Positions 1 to 8,608 of a stretch of DNA of 64,000 bases are shown here, in pieces. The notes beneath the pieces were generated by a model. That model searched no databases. It was not told the origin of the DNA and saw only the letters and a list, made by a program, of their open reading frames with translations. Source of the DNA: Flavobacteriales bacterium (GTDB lineage: Bacteria; Bacteroidota; Bacteroidia; UBA10329); NCBI GenBank assembly GCA_021741155.1, contig JAIOYP010000003.1, positions 74,295 to 138,294 on the forward strand. Direction: 5' to 3'. The stretch's first letter is position 1, and the number at the start of each line of letters is the position of its first letter. Both the position numbers and the translations under genes were made by a program.

Positions 1-165
1 ATAGATGTGCTGAAGAATCTGCCGTCAGATAGCACCATTGAAGACATCATGTATGAACTAAACCTCACCAATCAAGTGCTGAAAGGTTTGGATGATGCAG
101 AGAACGGACGCACAATCACTACATCGGAACTTCTTGATCGCATGCAAAAATGGCGCAAGGCGTAA
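1..165 (+). CDS. C-terminal fragment of a small antitoxin-like protein (partial; continues upstream of the window)
   Basis: Frame-1 translation ...IEDIMYELNLTNQVLKGLDDAENGRTITTSELLDRMQKWRKA ends at TAA 163-165. The C-terminus resembles those of addiction-module antitoxin components. The next ORF (150..461) overlaps it by 16 nt. Confidence 0.35.
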   Translation: MDVLKNLPSDSTIEDIMYELNLTNQVLKGLDDAENGRTITTSELLDRMQKWRKA

Positions 166-224
166 AGAGATGCTTCTGCCGCTCCGCGTGGTTGATTATC
201 TTTACAGACATAAACCCATTCGTT

Positions 225-461
225 ATGGATGCCATAAGAAAAATCATCACGCTTAAAGACAACGTACTTAGCGTTGTGCTTCCCGAGCGTTTCCGGGCCA
301 CAACCATCGAATTAATCGTGCTTCCTTCCGAGAGCATAGATTCCTCGGCAATTGCTGATAGGGAATCCTTGCTGGATCGATATGCAAAGCAATACGAAAA
401 GCTTCGCTTCAATATCCGTGAGCTGAAATATGACCGTGACGAGCTCCATGGCAGGGACTAA
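225..461 (+). CDS. Putative antitoxin partner of the downstream PIN toxin (79 aa; the long ORF begins at 150)
   Basis: Small ORF directly upstream of a PIN-domain gene, overlapping it by 14 nt (448..461). The first ATG is at 225. No recognisable enzymatic motif. Confidence 0.4.
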   Translation: MDAIRKIITLKDNVLSVVLPERFRATTIELIVLPSESIDSSAIADRESLLDRYAKQYEKLRFNIRELKYDRDELHGRD

Positions 462-867
462 GATCTTCCTCGACAGCAATATTGCCGTTTACCTACTGGA
501 AGCACAACCCGAAAGACGCAATATGGTAGCATCTTTCATTGCCGATGACCGCTATGTGATAAGCACACAGGTAGTATCTGAGAACGTGAATGTCTGTATC
601 AGAAAATTGAAGTTGAGTAAAGAACAAGCGTTCGAGCACGGCAATTTTCTGATGGATGCATTCAATCTGATGGAGATTTCGGCAACCACCATCAAACTGG
701 CTTTCCGAATTTCAGAACGCTATGGATTCGGTTACTACGATAGTCTCATACTAGCTTCTGCGATAGAGAGTGGGTGCGATACGATCTATACGGAAGACAT
801 GCAACATGGTCAGTCTATCCTAGATAAGTTGTTTGTTGTGAATCCATTCAAGGAAGCAGGCATCTGA
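448..867 (+). CDS. vapC: PIN-domain ribonuclease toxin (VapC-like)
   Basis: MAGTKIFLDSNIAVYLL... has an N-terminal Asp in a beta-strand, later conserved acidic residues (E about residue 40, D in YYDSLILA, D in IYTEDMQ), and is about 140 aa. These are typical PIN-fold features. The start overlaps the upstream small ORF. Confidence 0.75.
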   Translation: MAGTKIFLDSNIAVYLLEAQPERRNMVASFIADDRYVISTQVVSENVNVCIRKLKLSKEQAFEHGNFLMDAFNLMEISATTIKLAFRISERYGFGYYDSLILASAIESGCDTIYTEDMQHGQSILDKLFVVNPFKEAGI

Positions 868-1035
868 AACTTATTCACTTTTGATCTGCTTTCGGTCTTT
901 AGTCTCCGTGCCTGTTCCAAGGTAATTGGCAACTGCTTGGATAGTTGCTCTGCAGCTAACTTGGCTCGCTCCTGAAATGATAGCGTGTAATTCATTCTTC
1001 AACCTATACGGTATTACTGGTCAAAGGCACGAAAG

Positions 1036-2178
1036 TCAAACCCCTCCTCGCAACTCATTCAACACTTCCTGAACAATCACCCGAAAATCGGTAGTGTGGT
1101 TGTGGTCGTTGCCTAGGCGTTCATGACCTAGGCGCACCACAACCATATTGTATTCTGGAATAACGATGATGTACTGACCCAAGATGCCACGCTGATAGAA
1201 GATGTGCGTGCCGTAGTCGTCTGTCATCCAAAAGCTATGACCATAGAACGGCTCTACAAACGGAGCGGTGGCCATGGCCACAAAGGCGCTATCGAGTATC
1301 TGTTTACCGTTGTAATTTCCATGTTGCAAGAGCATCTGTCCGAACCGTGCAAAATCGCGCGCGTTGCTGTTGAAACAGCAGAAGGCAAGCTCTTTCCCTT
1401 CCTCTTTATCGAGATGCCACTCAGCAGCATGCGATGCACCAAGGGGTTTCCATAGTTTTTCGGATGCGTATTGGGCCATGTGTTTTCCAGTAGCCTTCAT
1501 GAGGCACAGGCCCAAGAGTTGTGTAGCACCACTCTGGTATTCATAGCTTCCTGGCTTTTTTATAACGGGAACGTTTTCAATGAGCAGATTCTCTACATCG
1601 GGGCCATAATAGAGCTTGGCAGTTATATCGAAGGGATTGCTGTAGTGCTCATTAAAATCGAGGCCGGCCGTCATGGTACTTAAGTTGCGCAGCGTCAAAT
1701 CATCGGCAAATTCGCCTTTCAACTCTGGTAGGTAATCTTTCACTTTGGTGTCCCAACTAGGAATAACGCCATCCTGAATGGCGCACTGAGTGAGCATGGT
1801 GGTAATACTTTTGGCCATACTGAAGGAGTTGCTGCGCGAAGAGTCTGCGTAGCCATCCCAATATTCCTCAAAAACGATTTCCCCATCCTTGACCATAAGA
1901 AAGGCCACGGTATTCGTTTGCTCCAATGATTCACGAAGCGTTCCCGAAATATCCCATTCGTAGTAGAAGTCGGAAACTTTCCATGGCTTCTCCTCACCCG
2001 CCTCCACAGTTCTTGTGTCAAAAAACTTGGCATCGCCTATGGTGGCCGAGGTATTGCCGTGCAAGTAGGCAGCCCAGAGACCTTTGAGCAAGAATTGATT
2101 ACCAGAAAGGTAGGTGCTCACAACCAGTACCATCACTACGATGGCAATCCATTTAAGTACATTAAGAACAGTCTTCAT
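1036..2178 (-). CDS. Serine hydrolase of the beta-lactamase/transpeptidase-like family
   Basis: N-terminal TM or signal segment. SxxK motif (FSMAKS), about 380 aa, typical class-C beta-lactamase-related esterase architecture. Confidence 0.7.
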   Translation of the reverse strand: MKTVLNVLKWIAIVVMVLVVSTYLSGNQFLLKGLWAAYLHGNTSATIGDAKFFDTRTVEAGEEKPWKVSDFYYEWDISGTLRESLEQTNTVAFLMVKDGEIVFEEYWDGYADSSRSNSFSMAKSITTMLTQCAIQDGVIPSWDTKVKDYLPELKGEFADDLTLRNLSTMTAGLDFNEHYSNPFDITAKLYYGPDVENLLIENVPVIKKPGSYEYQSGATQLLGLCLMKATGKHMAQYASEKLWKPLGASHAAEWHLDKEEGKELAFCCFNSNARDFARFGQMLLQHGNYNGKQILDSAFVAMATAPFVEPFYGHSFWMTDDYGTHIFYQRGILGQYIIVIPEYNMVVVRLGHERLGNDHNHTTDFRVIVQEVLNELRGGV

Positions 2179-2254
2179 ATCAATTGAAATTATCGGTTAC
2201 AAAAAACGGCATGTCAAAGACACACCGTTTTTAAATCAAATTATAGTCAAAGTG

Positions 2255-2833
2255 TTATCTATCAAACTTAGAATCTTCCACTTTTGCTGCCTGAGTTGAA
2301 ACAACTTCTTGCGTAAGAATTACTTTGCCTTCAGCGTTACGCTTCTCCATTCTCACCGGAAAACCGTTTGAGTCGATGGTTGGCATGTTTCTTCTGATAA
2401 TGGCAGGAATGTCGTTAAAGGTGAGACCCAAAGCATCTGTCAACCAATACGTGGTCTGGCTCTTTCCGTCAAAGTAAACCGCTTGCTTGCAGGTGTAGCC
2501 ATTCATTTGAACCGCATTCTTCTCGGAAAGAAGCGTAACAGTAGGAAGCCCAAGGTCTAAAGCCGTTTTATTGATGGCAGTTACATGTCCTTCGGCCACC
2601 ATATCCAATCCTTTCTCGTCAGAAATAATGGTGTAATCGGTACTTATCTCGCCAGCTTGCGAAGAGATATCCATTCTGCTCTTATCACCCTTAAGATACC
2701 ACGTAAGCGTGGCCTTCTCTTTCATTTCCTCGTTGGTGGTTTTCATGTTGATTACCCCTTCAAAGTTCTGAGCCATGACAAGGTTAGCCATCATCAGCAC
2801 CATTACAGTATATATCGTTTTCATCGTTTTCAT
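2255..2833 (-). CDS. Secreted hypothetical protein (signal peptide MKTMKTIYTVMVLMMANLVMAQ)
   Basis: The first ATG is at 2833 (the longer ORF begins with TTG at 2845). It lies immediately downstream of the glycine-rich protein gene with a 1-nt gap. No enzymatic motifs. Confidence 0.5.
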   Translation of the reverse strand: MKTMKTIYTVMVLMMANLVMAQNFEGVINMKTTNEEMKEKATLTWYLKGDKSRMDISSQAGEISTDYTIISDEKGLDMVAEGHVTAINKTALDLGLPTVTLLSEKNAVQMNGYTCKQAVYFDGKSQTTYWLTDALGLTFNDIPAIIRRNMPTIDSNGFPVRMEKRNAEGKVILTQEVVSTQAAKVEDSKFDR

Positions 2834-2846
2834 TTCAAAGATCAAA

Positions 2847-4652
2847 TTAAGGCCCTACAGTTCCTCTTAGGAAAGATGTATTGTAAAGGTTGTCTGGAAT
2901 GTTTGTGGTAAAACCGTTGCGCTTAACCGCATAGCCTCCGTTTCCGGCAGCTGGAGGCGGAATTGGAAGTGGCAAAGCCATGTTGGTAACAACCGGTATG
3001 GTGATGGGGCCAATAAATGGAATGTTCACTACCACACTTACCGAAATAAGCACTTGCATAAAACCTTGTGTTCCAGGATAACCGTATGGTCCACCATTAC
3101 CACCTACCGCATTTGGGTTGATATCAACCTGCGCAGGGCCAATAGCAAATGTGATAGGAAAATTCAAACTACCACCAGATCCAGGAACGGCAAATTGTCC
3201 AGCAGTTCCATCAACACCTTGACTGTACCATGAAAGGCCAATCATGTTCGGTGGTTGCGTTCCGCCAACCCCCAAATTGGCGCCTCCACCTCCACCTGCA
3301 CCCAGAAAGAAACCAAATGCTGGTGCAGGTGGTGGAATTAGGTTTCCGGTGCTAATAGAGAATGCCATGGAACCTCCACCACCTCCACCTCCGAAGATGT
3401 TGAAGTTATTAATGATGTCCGCATCGAGCGTAAGTTCAATCGCATTTCCACCAGGAAATCCTTCTCCCGTGAGACCAAGTGCCGGATCGTAAGCATCGCC
3501 TCCATCACCACCTCTTCCGAGGATGTTTCCTTCGTTTACTATAGCAACCAACGAACCCGCAGGCAAAGTTCCGGTTGTAAATGCTGGACTTGCCGTGGTA
3601 GGGCTAGAAATTTCAACCCCCGGATCAATCAGACACACCACGCAAACAGGTGATGTGGTTGGAGCATTTGGGTAAAGATTGTAGAATTCCGTTCCTAGAT
3701 TGTAATTGTTGGTTGTGTTAAGAACAGGAACTTCGTAGCACGGCAAAATCGTAAGTGAATAGACAATATTATAGGTGCTATTGTTACAAAGCACTTGCAA
3801 AACAATTGGATATGTTCCAGCAGGAGCGAATGGAGATGCGAAAAAATCAATATTCACCACGCCTGTAGAAGGTGCTGGATTTGGGTTAATTGTGGCCGTT
3901 AAACCAGCTGGCAACGTTGAAAGAATTGAGACAGCTATCTGCTGCGGATTACCTGCCGTTTGAACAATATTCAAAGAGAGGTTCTGATTCTGAGAAACTA
4001 CACGGTCAATTGTATCGGCAATGCTACTTGGCGTTACATTCAGATAACAGGAGTTGCAATCCTCTGCAAAAGTGGGCAACCAGCAACTTCCGTTGTAATA
4101 CTCTACCGTGCTATCAGTTGTATTGACGATAACCAAGCCAACTGCTGGATTGAGAATATTATTGCGCATCGTCTCATCCATCTGCGGAGCAAGGAATCCT
4201 TTGTTATCGGAAACTAAGTGCATAACAGCACTTGAATCAGGTGTGTCAGTGTTTACACCTACGTGGAATTCATTGTTCCAGATGAAGCTATTTGCCACCC
4301 AGTCATTGAAGAATACCGTATCGTACCGCATCGTCTGCCCTTGTAAGCCAGGAATGAGCGGACCTGGGTCGCCTTGTGGGCCGATTCCTCTTCGCCATAA
4401 AATTCCATCGAAATACCAAAAACTACTATCGGTAACCGTGTAGATTAGAAGTCCCGTTGCCGGATTTGTGATAGCTAGTGTATCCGTTCTAGGTATCAAA
4501 AGTCCTTTGTTCAGTGCTTGAATCTCAAGCAATGCACTTGGGTCAGGAGTGATGGTTCCGATACCCACATTATCTTGAGCAAGAAGGTCTGTTGCTTGAG
4601 TAAAAATAATTAGAGCTGAAAACGCTATAAACAGTGTGCGGAAATTTCGCAT
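2847..4652 (-). CDS. Glycine-rich secreted protein with a duplicated N-terminal beta-module and a short collagen-like GXY stretch
   Basis: Signal peptide MRNFRTLFIAFSALIIFTQATDLLAQ (ATG at 4650-4652). Two related modules (DNVGIGTITPDPSALLEI...GLLIYTVTD and HVGVNTDTPDSSAVMHLV...GLVIVNTTD). GPQGDPGPL triplets. A long Gly-rich low-complexity region (GGGGGGS..., GAGGGGGANLGVGG, GGNGGPYGYPGTQG). Confidence 0.6.
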   Translation of the reverse strand: MRNFRTLFIAFSALIIFTQATDLLAQDNVGIGTITPDPSALLEIQALNKGLLIPRTDTLAITNPATGLLIYTVTDSSFWYFDGILWRRGIGPQGDPGPLIPGLQGQTMRYDTVFFNDWVANSFIWNNEFHVGVNTDTPDSSAVMHLVSDNKGFLAPQMDETMRNNILNPAVGLVIVNTTDSTVEYYNGSCWLPTFAEDCNSCYLNVTPSSIADTIDRVVSQNQNLSLNIVQTAGNPQQIAVSILSTLPAGLTATINPNPAPSTGVVNIDFFASPFAPAGTYPIVLQVLCNNSTYNIVYSLTILPCYEVPVLNTTNNYNLGTEFYNLYPNAPTTSPVCVVCLIDPGVEISSPTTASPAFTTGTLPAGSLVAIVNEGNILGRGGDGGDAYDPALGLTGEGFPGGNAIELTLDADIINNFNIFGGGGGGGSMAFSISTGNLIPPPAPAFGFFLGAGGGGGANLGVGGTQPPNMIGLSWYSQGVDGTAGQFAVPGSGGSLNFPITFAIGPAQVDINPNAVGGNGGPYGYPGTQGFMQVLISVSVVVNIPFIGPITIPVVTNMALPLPIPPPAAGNGGYAVKRNGFTTNIPDNLYNTSFLRGTVGP

Positions 4653-4769
4653 TTCAATCAAATATTTCAGGTTGTGACCACGGTCGGTCAGTTCAGGTTC
4701 GAAAATTAAGCAATTCATAGGTTTAAACGCCAAGATTAATTGGATAAGGCTATTTTTGCGTCCGTCTTC

Positions 4770-4844
4770 GGGCGCTTAGCTCAGTTGGTTTAGAGCACCA
4801 CCTTGACAGGGTGGGGGTCACTGGTTCGAATCCAGTAGCGCTCA
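4770..4844 (+). tRNA. tRNA-Val (anticodon GAC)
   Basis: 75-nt cloverleaf: acceptor GGGCGCT/AGCGCTC, D-arm GCTC..GAGC, anticodon stem CCACC/GGTGG with loop TTGACAG, T-arm ACTGG-TTCGAAT-CCAGT, discriminator A. CCA is not encoded. Confidence 0.9.
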
Positions 4845-4867
4845 CGAAAGTGAAATGGGAGGTGATC

Positions 4868-5440
4868 ATGCGAATGGCATCCTCCCAATTTTTTATCTTA
4901 TTGAAAGCATTTACAAAACTTCTTCTGTCATTAACCTTAATCATTGGATTAGCAACAATGGCCGTTGCCGATATTGGCGAAACCTTTGATTTAAAGCAGA
5001 AACGTGCTCAACTTATGTCCGAATTGGAACAGTTTAGGAGGGATTCAGCTGCATCTAAAGAGCAAATCGTTCTTGTTTCTGACCAAATCATTCTTTTAGA
5101 TCAGCAGATTTTTGAAAGTTATAGCGAAACTTTTAATCGACTATCAAACAATCAATTGAAGAGTAACGCCAAAGATCAGGGATTGGTCTGGTTGGCACTT
5201 ATAGCCACATTAATTTCGATTTTCTTCGCCATTCTTTTAGCCATGGCACGAGGTAGAGTAGTCGATAAAGGTGGTCTTGGTCTCTTGGATGTTTACAAGC
5301 AGCTTTCGCTGGATTTTTTCCAAAAAGTCTCACCCGAAAAGGCTGGTTCGCAACGGATGCTCCGTATAAATGTGGTGATTGTGGTGGGAATGGTTTGTAT
5401 GAGCATATCGATTTTGGGTTTCCTGATTAGCAAATTATAG
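4868..5440 (+). CDS. Hypothetical membrane protein (about 3 TM segments)
   Basis: ATG at 4868, 24 nt after the tRNA. Hydrophobic segments plus a central coiled region. The ORF in the track extends into the tRNA, so it was trimmed to the first ATG. Confidence 0.45.
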   Translation: MRMASSQFFILLKAFTKLLLSLTLIIGLATMAVADIGETFDLKQKRAQLMSELEQFRRDSAASKEQIVLVSDQIILLDQQIFESYSETFNRLSNNQLKSNAKDQGLVWLALIATLISIFFAILLAMARGRVVDKGGLGLLDVYKQLSLDFFQKVSPEKAGSQRMLRINVVIVVGMVCMSISILGFLISKL

Positions 5441-5484
5441 GATTCCCGAATCCTCAGTCCGTAAATTCGCGGAAATCATTTTTC

Positions 5485-7692
5485 TTGAAACTCAGAAAAA
5501 TACTTCTAGTCATTTATAGCTTCCTGCCAATTCTTGTGTTGGCGCAGCAAACGATTGAGCACAAAGAGCTAGAATGTCAAGGGCATATTCCAAGTGAGTT
5601 TCTCACACCATCGTCTCAAAAATATAAGACTGCGGCAGATAGCTTAGCTTCGAGAAAAGAAGATTCAGAAAAAGAAACCAAGCAAAACTTTCTGCTCGAA
5701 AGCAGCTTCCTAATCAATCAGGTTTTGGGTAGCGGTAGGGTACTTTTTAACGACCCAGTTTCTACCTACTTAAGCCAAATTCTAGACACCATTTTGGTGA
5801 ACGAACCTGAACTGCGCGCGAAGGTGAGAGTATATGCATTACGGTCTTCGTTGGTTAATTCATTCACTACAGACGATGGGATTATTCTGGTAAACCTTGG
5901 TCTAGTGGCACAATTAGAAAACGAAGCCCAACTAGCATTCGTTCTTTGTCACGAATTGGTTCATTTCACTGAGCGCCACGTTATCAACGCTTACGTTCAG
6001 AACGAAGAAATGAAACGGGGTGCGGGAGAATACAAGCGTGGGTCTTTTGATGAAAAAATGTTGGCCAAAAGTGGCTACTCAAAAGATCTTGAAAAGGAGG
6101 CTGACCGATTAGGATTAAAGCGATTTCTGAACACTAGATACAGTTCAGAAACGGTCTCCAATGTATTTGACGTGATGCGTTATGCGCATCTTCCGTTTGA
6201 TGATGTGGCTTTTGAAAAAGATTTTTTCGATGAGGCCTACTACAAGATGGACGACTCCTATTTCTTGAATAAGGTGCGACCTGTGGAGGCAAAAGAGAAT
6301 GAAAACCCTGAAAGTGACAGCCACCCCAGTCCTACAGAACGACAGCAGTTGGTTGGACGATACATTAATAACGGAAACATAAGACAATACACATCAAACT
6401 ACTTGGTATCGGAAAGTCGATTCCAAGAACTGAGAAGCTCTTGCCGATTTGAGCTGTCCAACCTTTATCTGAAGAGTAATCAACCTGTACTAAGCATTTA
6501 CAATTCGTACCTCCTCGGAAAAACCTTTCCAGAAAATCCATTCTTGCAGAAAAACATTGCTAAAGCGCTTTACACCCTTTCCAAATTCAAAACAGGAGGA
6601 AATTACGGATATGTACATCCCGGATTTTCGCACATCGAAGGCGAATCGCAACAGCTTTATCACCTATTCTACCGACTTCAACCAGATGAGCTTTGCATTC
6701 TTGCAACAGGTTTTATTTGGCGCCTTAGACTCAAACAGCCTGATGATGTAGACATAATTGCGATGAGCGAAGACATCCTCAAAGACCTTATCAATTTCTA
6801 TCACACGCCTGGAATGTTTGCTCAGGAGCGCCCACCTGAAGGTTGGGATATTCCAGACACCTCTGCCATCAATAACAAATACGAAAGACTGAAGCAAAAG
6901 AGCAAGGAAAACCCGAAGTTAAGCATGATTACATATGCCTTGGTTGACCTTTTTGAAAGTGATCAATTTGTTGAATTGTTCGACAAACTTGAGGAGAAAA
7001 GATGGGGTAGCGAACACACATCAATTGCGCGCAATGAGCTAATCAAGCAAAGTAAAGACGATCAAAGACGTTGGAAAAATCATGGTTTTTCCTTGGGACT
7101 TCAACGTGTTGCAGTGGTATCTCCAACTTACACCAAACTCGATTTACGAAAAAAGCAACAGCATAAATTTCTACGCTCAGAATCCGCAAAACAACAGTTG
7201 ATAAAGCAGATTGAGAATTCAACTGATCTGTTGAAACTAGACACCAAAATTTTGGACGTAACCATGATCGATTCAAACGAGGTAATTACTTTCAATGATA
7301 TTACTTTTTTGAACGAATGGATTGATCAGCGGTTTCTTCATGTTGATGTTGATATGGTCAATCTCAATCAAGCTCGGATTGATTCCATTATTTCCCGCTA
7401 TGGAACAGAATATTTTGCATGGACGGGTGTTATCAATTATCGAGAAAACAAACCATTGCTGTATTTCTATCTTTTATATGCTTTGATTCCTCCTGCCATT
7501 CCGCTTGCGGTTTACTATCTAGCACGCCCCAATTACGATACGTATTATTACTGCATCACATTCAATCTGAAAACGGGAGAACCCGTGCAGGTGAATTACA
7601 ATAATTACCGCAAGCGAGATGCACGCGATTTGATGAACAGCAGCATCTACGACTCATTTTGGCAGATGAAGCAGAAATCTAAGAAAGGATGA
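5485..7692 (+). CDS. HExxH zinc metallopeptidase-like protein (M48-like) with signal peptide and C-terminal TM region
   Basis: TTG start codon with no in-frame ATG nearby. Signal peptide KLRKILLVIYSFLPILVLAQQ. Motif FVLCHELVHFTERH. Hydrophobic stretch near the C-terminus. 735 aa. Confidence 0.55.
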   Translation: MKLRKILLVIYSFLPILVLAQQTIEHKELECQGHIPSEFLTPSSQKYKTAADSLASRKEDSEKETKQNFLLESSFLINQVLGSGRVLFNDPVSTYLSQILDTILVNEPELRAKVRVYALRSSLVNSFTTDDGIILVNLGLVAQLENEAQLAFVLCHELVHFTERHVINAYVQNEEMKRGAGEYKRGSFDEKMLAKSGYSKDLEKEADRLGLKRFLNTRYSSETVSNVFDVMRYAHLPFDDVAFEKDFFDEAYYKMDDSYFLNKVRPVEAKENENPESDSHPSPTERQQLVGRYINNGNIRQYTSNYLVSESRFQELRSSCRFELSNLYLKSNQPVLSIYNSYLLGKTFPENPFLQKNIAKALYTLSKFKTGGNYGYVHPGFSHIEGESQQLYHLFYRLQPDELCILATGFIWRLRLKQPDDVDIIAMSEDILKDLINFYHTPGMFAQERPPEGWDIPDTSAINNKYERLKQKSKENPKLSMITYALVDLFESDQFVELFDKLEEKRWGSEHTSIARNELIKQSKDDQRRWKNHGFSLGLQRVAVVSPTYTKLDLRKKQQHKFLRSESAKQQLIKQIENSTDLLKLDTKILDVTMIDSNEVITFNDITFLNEWIDQRFLHVDVDMVNLNQARIDSIISRYGTEYFAWTGVINYRENKPLLYFYLLYALIPPAIPLAVYYLARPNYDTYYYCITFNLKTGEPVQVNYNNYRKRDARDLMNSSIYDSFWQMKQKSKKG

Positions 7693-8450
7693 GGTTGCTT
7701 ACTATCATACTCATTCTAGCCGCTCAACTCGCCATCGGGCAAGCCCCAGGATACATGGGAAGAAAACTGCTAATCAGCAGCGAGGTAAGTTTTTTCAATG
7801 CGTTCTTCAACCCCAATCACAACTTTAGTGAAGGAATTCGAAAATTCGGATTTAACCTACGGGCTACCACCGACATCGATTACGTAATTGCACGAAACGG
7901 CACCATTGGTGCAACCTTTGATGTGATTGCAACGGGTATGAAATTCAATTGGAAATCTGACCAGTTTAATGAATTGTTAATTCCGAATATCGACCAAAAT
8001 TTTGGCCATTCACGAATTACTGGCTACGGTTACGGAATCAATTACAAGCTCTTTCGAAATCCATCTCGTGGCGGAATCGCACCAATCGGCAGCTACATAA
8101 AATTTGACATTATGCTGTTGGATGTGCGTCTGCGGCCATACAATTTGACCACCGAAACGGCCCACTCCTACTCTAATCGTTTTTTTACTCCCGCTTTTTC
8201 TTTCACTCTCGGACAGCAACGCATCTTTTGGGACTTTTTTATTCTTCGAACTGGAATTCAACTCGGATTCGTTCCAATGGGTATTTCCCCCTATCTTCAG
8301 GAAATGGGAGATGGCATTGAACGTGGCACACAGGAACAAGACCTTCGAGCCAATGCTGAATCTAGACTTCTGACCTACTATCTTCTAAACATCAATGTGG
8401 GAGTAGGATTTTTGCTTCCTTTTAGAAACACTTACAAGTCCACAAACTAA
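7689..8450 (+). CDS. Putative outer-membrane beta-barrel protein (hypothetical)
   Basis: Signal peptide MRLLTIILILAAQLAIGQA. Alternating aromatic and hydrophobic pattern and a C-terminal aromatic residue context. Its start overlaps the upstream stop (ATGA). Confidence 0.5.
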   Translation: MRLLTIILILAAQLAIGQAPGYMGRKLLISSEVSFFNAFFNPNHNFSEGIRKFGFNLRATTDIDYVIARNGTIGATFDVIATGMKFNWKSDQFNELLIPNIDQNFGHSRITGYGYGINYKLFRNPSRGGIAPIGSYIKFDIMLLDVRLRPYNLTTETAHSYSNRFFTPAFSFTLGQQRIFWDFFILRTGIQLGFVPMGISPYLQEMGDGIERGTQEQDLRANAESRLLTYYLLNINVGVGFLLPFRNTYKSTN

Positions 8451-8560
8451 GCGCCACCTATCCTAGAACAAGTACTCTACCCGTAAGCTAAACGCTGTGC
8501 TTCATTAGTAGCTGAATGTTCACGAAAACATTCTAAGTGAATTCCTCGCTATCGTACAAC

Positions 8561-8589
8561 AAAAAGGGAGGCCGAGGCCTCCCTTTTTT
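8561..8589. terminator. Bidirectional rho-independent terminator
   Basis: AAAAAGGGAGGCC-GA-GGCCTCCCTTTTTT: an 8-bp GC stem flanked by an A-run and a T-run, between convergent genes. Confidence 0.6.
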
Positions 8590-8608
8590 AATAAGAAAAC
8601 AGGTCCTA

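Noticed and set aside
810-995. 61-aa minus-strand ORF between the PIN gene and the beta-lactamase-like gene
   Set aside because: It overlaps the PIN gene 3-prime end and has no signal, motif or coupling. It is likely spurious.
3244-3492. Pro-rich 82-aa ORF on the plus strand
   Set aside because: It lies entirely antisense to the Gly-rich region of 2847..4652. The poly-Pro is the mirror image of the Gly codons (GGN/NCC), so it is a frame artefact.
4770-8608. Genomic island integrated at tRNA-Val
   Set aside because: There is no integrase or recombinase gene and no direct repeat of the tRNA 3-prime end at the far border (8451..8608). The neighbouring genes look like ordinary envelope genes.
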